The notes beneath the pieces are model-generated. The model did not search any database, was not told where the DNA came from, and was given only the letters and a program-made list of their open reading frames with translations. Shown piece after piece: positions 7,854 through 15,367 of a stretch of 15,367 nt of DNA. A program made the translations under genes and the position numbers. This stretch comes from a virus (lineage: Duplodnaviria; Heunggongvirae; Uroviricota; Caudoviricetes). The stretch is taken from IMG/VR virus record IMGVR_UViG_2609459844_000007, positions 1 to 15,367 of that record; one strand, 5' to 3'. Numbering within the stretch: the stretch's first letter is position 1; each line of letters begins with the position of its first letter.

Positions 7854-8072
7854 ATGGTTGGTGAAGATCTGGTTGTTATTAACGGTCAATTGTGCAGCAA
7901 AGATGTGGCAGCCATGCTTATTAGCAAGGTTCTTCCAACTGTGCTGGAGGTCATTGCAGAAAAAGTAAAGGCTGGTCGTCCAGACAAGGAAGTTGAAGAG
8001 GCGGCAAAAACAGTTGTTCATGCCGCTACAGAAGCAATTATTTTGAAGAGCCTAGTTTCGCCCAAGCCTTAA
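7854..8072 (+). CDS. Hypothetical small protein, 72 aa (MVGEDLVVINGQ...), first ORF downstream of PL-like promoter
   Basis: Strong SD AAGGGG 7 nt upstream of ATG at 7854; T7 tract 8085..8091 downstream; no recognisable family. Confidence 0.5.
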   Translation: MVGEDLVVINGQLCSKDVAAMLISKVLPTVLEVIAEKVKAGRPDKEVEEAAKTVVHAATEAIILKSLVSPKP

Positions 8073-8232
8073 GTGAATCGGCGCTTTTTTTAGCATCACG
8101 TTCATTGAGTAGTGACAAAAACTCATTCTCAGCATTCTCGATTTCCGAGAAAAATTCTTGATGAGTTGTTTCTCGCTGCGATCTGATGCTGAAAACTAAA
8201 GCAAGTAGCCAGGCTTTGTCTTTATTATCCAT
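8038..8232 (-). CDS. Hypothetical small protein, 64 aa (MDNKDKAWLLALVFSIRSQRE...), convergent with and overlapping the 3' end of the 72-aa ORF
   Basis: SD AAGG 7 nt upstream of ATG; candidate sigma70 promoter on minus strand (-10 TATACT = complement of 8267..8272, -35 TTTACC); no family recognised. Confidence 0.35.
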   Translation of the reverse strand: MDNKDKAWLLALVFSIRSQRETTHQEFFSEIENAENEFLSLLNERDAKKSADSLKAWAKLGSSK

Positions 8233-8418
8233 AGGAATACCTTATTACTGGTTGTGTGAGAACTCCAGTATACCACCGAGCCTGAAGTGGTAAAAAGACA
8301 GGCGCACAACACGAAGGCGCATTTCCGGTATTCATAAAGAGTCGGACTTGTCTGTTAAATTTAAATGGTGGGAGTGCGCCTCCGGTTGTAAATAACGACA
8401 TTGCTATGTGTAGTCTTT

Positions 8419-8462
8419 GGCGGCATCAGTTCTACTCCGTGGCTGCCCTGCCGCCCCTTTTT
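8419..8462 (+). terminator. Terminator-like GC stem (ggcggca ... tgccgcc) followed by TTTTT, inside noncoding region upstream of kilR
   Basis: Direct reading; large loop, so strength uncertain. Confidence 0.35.
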
Positions 8463-8627
8463 AAAGTGAATTTTGTGATGCGGTGAATGCGGCTAAGCGC
8501 ACGCGGCACAGTTAAAAGCATCAGTGTTATGGGTGGATTATCCGGCGTTAATTGTTAACTGGTTAACGTCACCTGGAGGCACCAGGCACCGCATCGACAA
8601 AATTCATTTGTAAAAATGGTGATAATT

Positions 8628-8849
8628 ATGATTGCTCATCACTTCGGAACTGATGAAATACCACGTCAGTGTGTGACCCCTGGCGATTATGTTCTTCATG
8701 AAGGTCGGACATATATCGCCTCGGCAAACAATATTAAAAAGCGAAAACTTTATATTCGAAGCCTGACAACAAAAACATGCATTTCTGACTGCATGATTAA
8801 AGTCTTCCTCGGTCGTGATGGTTTACCTGTAAAGGCGGAGTCATGGTAA
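8628..8849 (+). CDS. kilR: KilR-like cell-division inhibitor (Rac kil), 73 aa
   Basis: Sequence [35 protein letters not shown]... matches recalled Rac KilR; gene order kilR-ydaE-racC-recE; track ORF starts 12 nt upstream at 8616 without an SD. Confidence 0.8.
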   Translation: MIAHHFGTDEIPRQCVTPGDYVLHEGRTYIASANNIKKRKLYIRSLTTKTCISDCMIKVFLGRDGLPVKAESW

Positions 8850-9019
8850 TGACTAAGAAAATAAAATGTGCTTATCACCTTTGCAATAAAGAAATTGAAG
8901 AAAGCAAAATCATTACAAGACCACTTCATTTCATGCGTGAAGTTATACCAACGACGGAAATGAAAAAATATTGTAGTGAAATCTGTGCCGAAAAAGACCA
9001 GATGGCACACGAACTTTAA
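8849..9019 (+). CDS. ydaE: YdaE-like small Cys-rich metal-binding protein, 56 aa (not in ORF track because under 60 aa)
   Basis: Manual translation [56 protein letters not shown]; start overlaps kilR stop (TAATG); position as in Rac. Confidence 0.7.
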   Translation: MTKKIKCAYHLCNKEIEESKIITRPLHFMREVIPTTEMKKYCSEICAEKDQMAHEL

Positions 9020-9093
9020 TTAACTGACTATCCGAAACTGAATTTATGCCAGCAATGGCAGGGATTCGCTCAACCTTAATTAAGGAGAAAAAC

Positions 9094-9369
9094 ATGATTA
9101 CCAGTTATGAAGCCACTGTTGTTACTACTGATGACATTGTTCACGAAGTCAGCCTGGAAGGAAAGCGTATTGGCTACGTGATTAAAACAGAAAATAAAGA
9201 AACCCCTTTCACTGTGGTTGATATCGACGGTCCATCAGGCAACGTTAAAACGCTTAACGAAGGCGTCAAAAAAATGTGCCTGGTGCATATCGGAAAGAAT
9301 CTGCCCGCAGAAAAAAAAGCCGAATTTCTGGCAACTCTGATTGCAATGAAATTAAAAGGTGAAATCTGA
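9094..9369 (+). CDS. racC: RacC-like protein, 91 aa
   Basis: AAGGAG SD 6 nt upstream of ATG at 9094; sequence matches recalled Rac RacC; track ORF starts further upstream at 9046. Confidence 0.8.
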   Translation: MITSYEATVVTTDDIVHEVSLEGKRIGYVIKTENKETPFTVVDIDGPSGNVKTLNEGVKKMCLVHIGKNLPAEKKAEFLATLIAMKLKGEI

Positions 9370-9374
9370 AAGAA

Positions 9375-9399
9375 ATAGCCTGCGTATGGCGCAGGCTAT
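9375..9399 (+). other. Perfect 10-bp inverted repeat hairpin (atagcctgcg-tatgg-cgcaggctat) without U-tract, between racC and recE
   Basis: Direct reading. Confidence 0.6.
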
Positions 9400-9469
9400 G
9401 AACAGTGTGTATCCGGCAAGATTATTCACTGAACAAACGAATTTTAATCTGAGTTGAGGTTAAAAAACA

Positions 9470-12400
9470 ATGAGCACCGATAAACAAGTTTACCCACTGT
9501 ATTACGAAGCAAAAAATGACAAAGTAAGAAAACGTCTCGGTATTAAAGGCGGTTTTTACTGGGCTGAAGCGAAAAAATTATCCATTGCCATCTCCCGTGG
9601 TGCTGTTGCGATTGACGATGCTGGCTACGATGAAGATGACTTCAAAAAACCTGTTCGCGTCAATTTGCCCGTTGTTGATGACCTCCCGCCAGAAGGCGTA
9701 TTTGATACGGAATTCTGCAACCGTTACGAAAAAGGCGGGGAAGATGGCATCACAATGGTATTTATCGCGCCCTCACCCTCTGCGCAGGGCAAACCAGCCG
9801 GCACTGACAACACCAATGTTAATGGCGAAGACATGACGGAGATTGAGGAGAATATGCTACTCCCGATTTCTGGCCAGGAGCTGCCCATTCGCTGGCTTGC
9901 TCAACACGGCAGCGAAAAACCGGTAACGCACGTTTCACGCGACGAACTCCAGGCATTACACATTGCACGGGCTGAGGAACTACCAGCTGTTACTGCCCTA
10001 GCTGTTTCCCACAAAACCAGCCTGCTCGATCCGCTGGAAATTCGCGATCTCCACAAACTGGTGCGTGATACTGACAGAGTTTTCCCTAATCCAGGCAATT
10101 CAAGCCTGGGACTGATGACTGCTTTTTTCGAAGCATACATGAACGCAGACTACACCGATCGCGGTCTGCTGACAAAAGAGTGGATGAAAGGAAATCGTGT
10201 TTCACGCATCACGCGCACGGCTTCCGGCGCTAATGCTGGCGGCGGGAACCTCACCGATCGCGGCGAAGGTTTCGTTCACGATCTGACGTCACTGGCGCGC
10301 GACGTAGCCACTGGCGTACTGGCTCGTTCAATGGACGTGGACATTTATAACCTTCATCCGGCACACGCTAAACGTGTCGAGGAAATTATCGCTGAAAATA
10401 AACCGCCCTTTTCTGTTTTCCGCGACAAATTCATCACCATGCCTGGCGGGCTGGATTATTCCCGCGCCATCGTGGTTGCCTCCGTAAAAGAAGCACCAAT
10501 TGGGATCGAGGTTATCCCCGCACACGTCACTGAATATCTGAACAAAGTACTGACTGAAACTGATCATGCCAACCCTGATCCGGAAATCGTGGATATTGCC
10601 TGCGGTCGCTCCTCTGCCCCGATGCCGCAGCGTGTAACAGAAGAAGAAAAACAGGATGATGAAGAAAAACCGCAACCATCTTGCGCAATGGCAGATGAAC
10701 AGGCAACGGCTGAAACAGTGGAACCGGATGCAACTGAACATCATCAGGACACGCAGCCGCTGGATGCTCAGTCACAGGTAAATTCTGTTGATGCGAAATA
10801 TCAGAAACTGCGGGCAGAACTCCATGAAGCCCGGAAAAACATTCCGCCCAAAAATCCTGTCGATGCAGACAAATTACTGGCTGCCTCTCGCGGAGAATTT
10901 GTTGAAGGGATTAGCGACCCGAATGATCCGAAATGGGTTAAGGGGATCCAGACCCGCGATTCTGTGTACCAGAATCAGCCAGAAACGGAACAGAACGACC
11001 AGAAAGCGGAACAGAACAGCCCAAATACGCAACAAAACGAGCCAGAAACGAAACAGCCTGAGCCAGTAGTGCAACAACTGGAAACGGAGAAAGTTTGCAC
11101 CGCCTGCGGTCAGGCTGGCGGCGGCAACTGTCCTGACTGCGGCGCGGTGATGGGCGACGCAACGTATCAGAAAACCTTTAATGAAGAAAATCAGAATGAA
11201 TATCAGGAAAAAGGTCTGGAGGAAATGGAAGGTGCTGAACATCCGCACAAGGAGAACGCTGGCAGCAATCCGCATTGCGATTGCAGTGATGAAGCTGGTG
11301 AAGCGACAGCACCTGTAGTAACTGAAATCATGTGGCCGTCATATTTCGAGCCTGGCCGCTATGAAAACCTCCCGAACGAGGTTTATCACTCCGCCAACGG
11401 AATAAGCAGCACAATGCTGAAGGATGCCCGCATCAGCCTGATGTATTACCACGGACGGCACATTGCCGGAACTATTCCGGGCGAGGAAAGTGATGCATTG
11501 CTGCGTGGGCGAATTATTCACAGCTATGTTCTGGAAACGGATAAATTCGCTGATGAGTATGCCATTCCGGTACCGGTTCCTGAATATGTGGTTACTACTT
11601 CTAACGAACTGATCGCCATCATTAAAAAACACAATGCCAGTCTGCCAGCACCGATGACACCAGAGCAGATGAAAGAGTGGATCGAAAGCTACAACAGCAC
11701 TCTTATACAGCCACTGTCGGTAAGTGCCGGGGCCGAAGAAACAGGCATCCTTTACGGTTCGCTTCCGGAGGAATTCCGGCGTATTCCTGAGGGGGAAAAA
11801 CACACAGCATCAGCAATGAAAGCCTGTATTAAAGAATACAACGCAAACCTCCCTCCTCTGTTGAAAACCAGTGGATCACGGGAGCAACTTCTGGAGCAAA
11901 TTGAAACTGTAGATCCAGAACTGGCAAAAAAAGAACGTGCTAAATCTTTGCCTTACAACATCAGTGGCACAAAAGAGCAATTAACCGAAATCGCACGGAA
12001 AATTCGCCCGGAACTGGTGACACTGGAAGACTGGCAAAAACGCCAGCAAGAAGAAAACGCCGGGAAAACGTTTATCAGTCCGGATATGTATGAACAGGCA
12101 AAAAATATTCACGCTGCACTGCAAAACAATACCGATGCAGCAAGGCTACTCAACCACCCGGATCGCAAATCTGAAATCAGCTATTTCGGGTTTGATGAAG
12201 AAACCGGGCTGGAAATCAGGGTCCGTCCTGATATCGAAATCCGGCTGCCATACGAAAGCATTTGCGCCGACGTGAAGTCAGTCAGCCTCGGTTATGTGCG
12301 ACAGGAACGACTGAAAGATCGCCTGCACCGTGAAATTATTGAGCGTGATTATCACCTCAGCGCAGCAATGTATTGCGATGTGGCAAACCTGGACAAATTT

Positions 12401-12766
12401 TTCTGGATCTTCGTCAACAAAGATGCTGGCTATCACTGGGTGGCCGTCGTGGAAGCCTCGCAGGAACTCCTGGAACTTGGTCGACAGGAATATCGCCGGA
12501 CGCTACGACAGATAAATGAAGCTCTGGAGACAAACAACTGGCCAGCACCGATTACCGAAAGTTATACCGACGAATTAAACGACTTTGATCTTCGTCGTCT
12601 TGAGAAGATGATAAATAACCTGCCTTCATCAGGTGATCCAGAAGCAGAACAAAAATTTATTGCTCTGGAAAATACGCTGAATGCTGCACGACCACATCTG
12701 GGAGAATTATATGAGGCGTATAAAACGACACTGACAGATATGAAACCAGAATATATCGGCTCCTGA
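9470..12766 (+). CDS. recE: RecE-family exonuclease VIII homologue, 1098 aa, with divergent C-terminal PD-(D/E)XK nuclease domain carrying a ~150-aa insertion and a C-terminal extension
   Basis: N-terminal/central ~600 aa closely resemble recalled K-12 RecE (e.g. [43 protein letters not shown]); Cys4 cluster [16 protein letters not shown]; PD...DVK motif at 12227..12276. Confidence 0.85.
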   Translation: MSTDKQVYPLYYEAKNDKVRKRLGIKGGFYWAEAKKLSIAISRGAVAIDDAGYDEDDFKKPVRVNLPVVDDLPPEGVFDTEFCNRYEKGGEDGITMVFIAPSPSAQGKPAGTDNTNVNGEDMTEIEENMLLPISGQELPIRWLAQHGSEKPVTHVSRDELQALHIARAEELPAVTALAVSHKTSLLDPLEIRDLHKLVRDTDRVFPNPGNSSLGLMTAFFEAYMNADYTDRGLLTKEWMKGNRVSRITRTASGANAGGGNLTDRGEGFVHDLTSLARDVATGVLARSMDVDIYNLHPAHAKRVEEIIAENKPPFSVFRDKFITMPGGLDYSRAIVVASVKEAPIGIEVIPAHVTEYLNKVLTETDHANPDPEIVDIACGRSSAPMPQRVTEEEKQDDEEKPQPSCAMADEQATAETVEPDATEHHQDTQPLDAQSQVNSVDAKYQKLRAELHEARKNIPPKNPVDADKLLAASRGEFVEGISDPNDPKWVKGIQTRDSVYQNQPETEQNDQKAEQNSPNTQQNEPETKQPEPVVQQLETEKVCTACGQAGGGNCPDCGAVMGDATYQKTFNEENQNEYQEKGLEEMEGAEHPHKENAGSNPHCDCSDEAGEATAPVVTEIMWPSYFEPGRYENLPNEVYHSANGISSTMLKDARISLMYYHGRHIAGTIPGEESDALLRGRIIHSYVLETDKFADEYAIPVPVPEYVVTTSNELIAIIKKHNASLPAPMTPEQMKEWIESYNSTLIQPLSVSAGAEETGILYGSLPEEFRRIPEGEKHTASAMKACIKEYNANLPPLLKTSGSREQLLEQIETVDPELAKKERAKSLPYNISGTKEQLTEIARKIRPELVTLEDWQKRQQEENAGKTFISPDMYEQAKNIHAALQNNTDAARLLNHPDRKSEISYFGFDEETGLEIRVRPDIEIRLPYESICADVKSVSLGYVRQERLKDRLHREIIERDYHLSAAMYCDVANLDKFFWIFVNKDAGYHWVAVVEASQELLELGRQEYRRTLRQINEALETNNWPAPITESYTDELNDFDLRRLEKMINNLPSSGDPEAEQKFIALENTLNAARPHLGELYEAYKTTLTDMKPEYIGS

Positions 12767-12774
12767 TATTTACT

Positions 12775-12798
12775 ATGGCGGTGTAGCCTCACCGCCAT
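12775..12798 (+). other. Perfect 9-bp inverted repeat hairpin (atggcggtg-tagcct-caccgccat) between recE and ralR
   Basis: Direct reading. Confidence 0.6.
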
Positions 12799-12829
12799 AA
12801 CAAAACTTTATTTTATGAGAGAAAAGACA

Positions 12830-13024
12830 ATGCGGTATGAAAAAGTCAAACCATGTCCGTTTTGTGGTTGTCCATCAGTAACGGTGAAAGCCATTTCAGG
12901 ATATTACCGCGCAAAGTGTAACGGATGCGAATCCCGAACTGGCTATAGTGGAAGTGAAAAAGAAGCACTCGAAAGATGGAATAAACGAACTACTGGAAAT
13001 AATAATGGAGGTGTTCATGTATAA
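12830..13024 (+). CDS. ralR: RalR/Lar-like restriction alleviation protein, 64 aa
   Basis: MRYEKVKPCPFCGCPSVTVKAISGYYRAKCNGCESRTGY... matches recalled Rac RalR (Lar); Cys4 motif; track ORF begins at upstream ATG 12815. Confidence 0.8.
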   Translation: MRYEKVKPCPFCGCPSVTVKAISGYYRAKCNGCESRTGYSGSEKEALERWNKRTTGNNNGGVHV

Positions 13025-13205
13025 AATTACTGCCACTATTGAAAAGGAAGGTGGCACTCCTACTAACTGGACAAGGTACTCAAAAACAAAATTAACCAAA
13101 TCAGAATGCGAAAAAATGCTCTCAGGTAAAAAAGAAGCAGGCGTTTCCAGAGAGCAGAAAGTAAAGCTGATAAATTTTAATTGCGAGAAGCTTCTGTCCT
13201 CGTGA
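13017..13205 (+). CDS. ydaC: YdaC-like small protein, 62 aa
   Basis: GGAGG SD 5 nt upstream of ATG 13017; overlaps ralR stop; resembles recalled Rac YdaC; track ORF starts at 12948 inside ralR. Confidence 0.65.
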   Translation: MYKITATIEKEGGTPTNWTRYSKTKLTKSECEKMLSGKKEAGVSREQKVKLINFNCEKLLSS

Positions 13206-13260
13206 GTTGCATTATATACAAATTAGAACTTCATAGCTGATTATTAAAAATCAACCACCC

Positions 13261-13289
13261 CCGCCAGTATTCTGTATATTTACTGGCGG
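13261..13289 (+). other. 9-bp inverted repeat hairpin (ccgccagta ... tactggcgg, 11-nt loop) between ydaC and xis
   Basis: Direct reading. Confidence 0.55.
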
Positions 13290-13305
13290 TCATATCGTAA
13301 GAGGT

Positions 13306-13592
13306 ATGGCAATGAATCTTGTGACACTAAAAACGTGGGGAAACTCAGATATCCAGATAACCCACCATCAATATCAACGCTGAGACGATGGGCAAGGAAT
13401 GGAAACATTTATCCTGCACCTGAACTACACGGGAGGAGTTACAGGGTGGTTCCGGAGGCTTTCTATATCAACCCAAATAAGGTTGATACCGATATAACAC
13501 ACCATCAGCCTAATGGGCGACAAGGGAGAGACAGTCCGTTACTGGAGAAGTTAAAACATGCAGCGGAAAAAATACGATCCCAATTTGCCTAA
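13306..13592 (+). pseudogene. Excisionase (lambda Xis-like winged helix) with apparent -1 frameshift in a G4 run (13337..13340); downstream frame opens with GTG at 13335
   Basis: Frame 1 from ATG 13306 encodes MAMNLVTLKTWG then stops; frame 3 continues KLRYPDNPPSISTLRRWARNGNIYP...; together they align with the recalled lambda Xis N-terminus (LTLQEWNARQRRPRSLETVRRWVRE). Confidence 0.55.
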
Positions 13593-14634
13593 AAACTTAA
13601 CATATCGAAGGAGGGACAAAGCATATTACTGGCGCAACCCTATGACGAAAGAAGAATTTACACTAGGTAAAATTTCAAGAAGAGATGCAGTAGCGCAGGC
13701 AATTGAAGCAAATCATTATATATACAAAAACTACTCTCCTGCTGCCTTAATTGAAAAGCTTAAAGGGTTCGACTCATTTACTATGGCAGACTGGATTGAA
13801 CGTTACAAAACGATTCTTATAAGGAGAAAAGTGTCCAGAAATACTTATAAAATTCGGGTAAATCAACTGGAGACAATAAAAGAAAAATTGGGAGGGATTT
13901 TACTGACAGAAATAACCACTCGCCATATTGCCGAGTTTCTTGATTTGTGGATTGAAGGAGGGAAAAACACGATGGCAGGATCAATGCGTTCTGTGTTATC
14001 TGATATGTTCCGCGAGGCCATTGTTGAAGGACGTATATCTCAAAATCCAGTAACGCCAACAAGAGCACCGAAAATAGTAGTTACAAGAGAACGGCTGAAA
14101 CTAAAGACATACAACTGCATCAGGGAGGCAGCAGATCAACTTCCGACATGGTTCCCATTAGCTATGGACTTAGCCCTTGTAACAGGACAACGTCGCGAAG
14201 ACATAACGAATATGCGGTTCAGTGAGATTTATGATGATCGTCTCCACATCAGGCAAATTAAGACAGGAATGATGATTGCTATCCCCCTGTCACTCAGCCT
14301 TCCTGTCGCTGGTTTACGACTTGGTGCAGTAGTTGAACAGTGCCGCATGGTAAGTAGGGGGGATTATCTAATCAGTGCCGGGATTAGAAAAAACAGCCCT
14401 GACGGTAGCATTCACCCGGACGGCCTGACAAAGAAATTTGTCGCAGCCAGAAAATTAACAGGTATCCAGTTCAGTGAAAACCCACCAACTTTTCACGAGA
14501 TCAGAAGCCTGGCTGGACGATTGTACAAAGAAACATGTGGAGAAGAATTTGCTCAGCGTCTACTTGGCCACACATCGGAGAAGACAACAAAAATGTATCT
14601 TGATGAGAGAGAAAAAACGTACTTACTGCTCTGA
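13558..14634 (+). CDS. int: Tyrosine integrase, lambda Int family, 358 aa
   Basis: N-terminus aligns with recalled lambda Int (PPNLYIRNNGYYCYRDPRTGKEFGLG versus [27 protein letters not shown]); catalytic-region motifs [21 protein letters not shown]-terminal Tyr in TTKMYLDE. Confidence 0.9.
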
Positions 14635-14710
14635 TTTTAACGTAAATGGATTGTTAAATGTATTTTGGTTGTGATATAACCAAAAAGACCGGAATACAGA
14701 AATTCGAGTA

Positions 14711-14730
14711 AATTTCGGGGAATTTCGGGG
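14711..14730. repeat. Tandem direct repeat aatttcgggg x2 in the int-proximal att arm; candidate arm-type integrase binding sites
   Basis: Direct reading; related motif aaattttcgggaat at 1227..1240 in the opposite arm. Confidence 0.4.
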
Positions 14731-14763
14731 AGACGTTTGCAACTAATTGATTTTAAATACAAT

Positions 14764-14795
14764 TAAAAAAAGACCGAATACGATTCCTGTATTCG
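14764..14795. repeat. Right prophage-chromosome junction: att-core copy that is also the terminator hairpin of sdsR
   Basis: Imperfect direct repeat of 1066..1098; perfect hairpin gaccgaatac-gattcct-gtattcggtc. Confidence 0.65.
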
Positions 14796-14868
14796 GTCCA
14801 GGGAAATGGCTCTTGGGAGAGAGCCGTGCGCTAAAAGTTGGCATTAATGCAGGCTTAGTTGCCTTGCC
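14764..14868 (-). ncRNA. sdsR: SdsR (RyeB) RpoS-dependent small RNA, about 105 nt
   Basis: Minus-strand sequence GGCAAGGCAACUAAGCCUGCAUUAAUGCC...GGACCGAAUACAGGAAUCGUAUUCGGUC(U)n matches recalled SdsR; sigmaS-type -10 CTATTCT (complement of 14874..14880) upstream; terminator hairpin plus U-tract. Confidence 0.85.
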
Positions 14869-14955
14869 CTTTAAGAATAGATGACGACGCCAGGTTTTCC
14901 AGTTTGCGTGCAAAATGGTCAATAAAAAGCGTGGTGGTCATCAGCTGAAATGTTA

Positions 14956-14996
14956 AAAACCGCCCGTTCTGGTGAAAGAACTGAGGCGGTTTTTTT
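14956..14996. terminator. Bidirectional rho-independent terminator (accgcccgttct ... agaactgaggcggt flanked by A5 and T7) serving ryeA (+) and yebY (-)
   Basis: Direct reading of stem and flanking U-tracts on both strands. Confidence 0.65.
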
Positions 14997-15025
14997 ATTG
15001 GAAATCAAAAGGCTATTTTAGGTAA

Positions 15026-15367
15026 TTAACAGAGTTTTTCAGCTCGTTCTATAAACGGTGCCAGACTCATTTTTTCGCCGGGATTGTTAGGATCATCAAT
15101 CTGAATCACCGAAATGGGTTGGGCTTTAGTCTTCCCACTGGCAACTTCCTTTTGTGCGATATCGTTTAAAGGATACTGCACGAGGGTACTTGGGTTAATG
15201 ACATACAAAGCATTACCCGGTCTGCAAGTCAGCATCACCTCTTCGCGATTAAACGCCCATTTGTCTTTACCCACTTCAAAACGACTGACGGTAATCACCT
15301 GCGGTGCAGCCAGCGCCGCTGCAGAACTGGTGAGTAACAGAAACGTCAGAATACTTTTTTTCATCAT
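15026..15367 (-). CDS. yebY: YebY, DUF2511-family secreted protein with signal peptide, 113 aa
   Basis: [23 protein letters not shown] signal peptide; matches recalled E. coli YebY; start codon is the last triplet of the window. Confidence 0.85.
   Translation of the reverse strand: MMKKSILTFLLLTSSAAALAAPQVITVSRFEVGKDKWAFNREEVMLTCRPGNALYVINPSTLVQYPLNDIAQKEVASGKTKAQPISVIQIDDPNNPGEKMSLAPFIERAEKLC

Larger units (their letters stand above)
1073..14778. mobile_element. Cryptic, deletion-decayed lambdoid prophage (Rac-like early region, e14/P2-like tail end), integrated in the sdsR/ryeA locus between pphA and yebY
   Basis: Flanking att-like direct repeats; int/xis at one end, pin remnant at the other; Rac-type gene order kilR-ydaE-racC-recE-ralR-ydaC; CI/Cro switch; truncated replication and tail genes. 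Confidence 0.85.
14749..14996 (+). ncRNA. ryeA: RyeA (SraC) antisense sRNA overlapping sdsR; 5' end uncertain
   Basis: Known antisense partner of sdsR at this locus; plus-strand terminator at 14956..14996; 5' end estimated from a recalled length of about 250 nt, not seen directly. Confidence 0.4.

Noticed and set aside
10975-11085. Imperfect ~21-bp tandem repeats inside recE as a possible independent repeat element
   Set aside because: They simply encode the Q/E/P-rich low-complexity linker ([32 protein letters not shown]) of RecE; not a separate feature.
9585-11803. Multiple ORFs (both strands) nested inside recE
   Set aside because: All lie within the 1098-aa RecE-like ORF; the antisense ones are products of GC-rich and repeat sequence with no independent signals.
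12090-12798. Small ORFs 12090..12275 (+), 12330..12515 (+), 12562..12798 (-) near the recE 3' end
   Set aside because: Overlap the RecE nuclease-domain coding region in other frames; no support.
12896-13099. 67-aa minus-strand ORF overlapping ralR/ydaC
   Set aside because: Antisense to two coupled, recognisable genes; Ser/Ile-rich low-complexity translation.
13817-14674. ORFs 13817..14068 (-) and 14474..14674 (+) within or overlapping int
   Set aside because: The integrase frame is strongly supported by catalytic motifs; these are frame shadows.
1-15367. CRISPR arrays, tRNA/rRNA genes, insertion sequences/transposase genes
   Set aside because: No spaced direct repeats typical of CRISPR, no tRNA-like cloverleaf candidates and no transposase-like ORFs or terminal inverted repeats were seen; the integration target here is an sRNA gene, not a tRNA.

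Overview
This window is E. coli-type chromosome (yebW and pphA on the left, yebY on the right) carrying a ~13.7 kb decayed Rac/e14-like lambdoid prophage inserted into the 3' end of the bidirectional sdsR(ryeB)/ryeA small-RNA locus. All calls come from reading the sequence and from recalled protein families; no database search was run. Reading left to right, the prophage contains: an att repeat, a pin invertase 3' remnant, an AT-rich hexapeptide acetyltransferase cargo gene, a P2/e14-type tail end (Tfa, tail fibre, gpI-like, baseplate-J fragment) fused by an internal deletion to a truncated dnaC-like gene, replication and regulatory genes (ydaU-, ydaT-, Cro-like), a CI-like repressor with 23-bp-phased operators, then the early-left operon (kilR, ydaE, racC, a long recE-like gene with no recT, ralR, ydaC, a frameshifted xis, int) and the second att repeat inside sdsR. 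I do not recognise a classical defence system (no large ATPase, helicase, methyltransferase or CRISPR). The most notable unexplained items are the RecE variant without RecT, the acetyltransferase cargo, a convergent small-ORF pair plus a structured ~390 bp noncoding region at the rex/N position, and phased palindromes in the replication gene.
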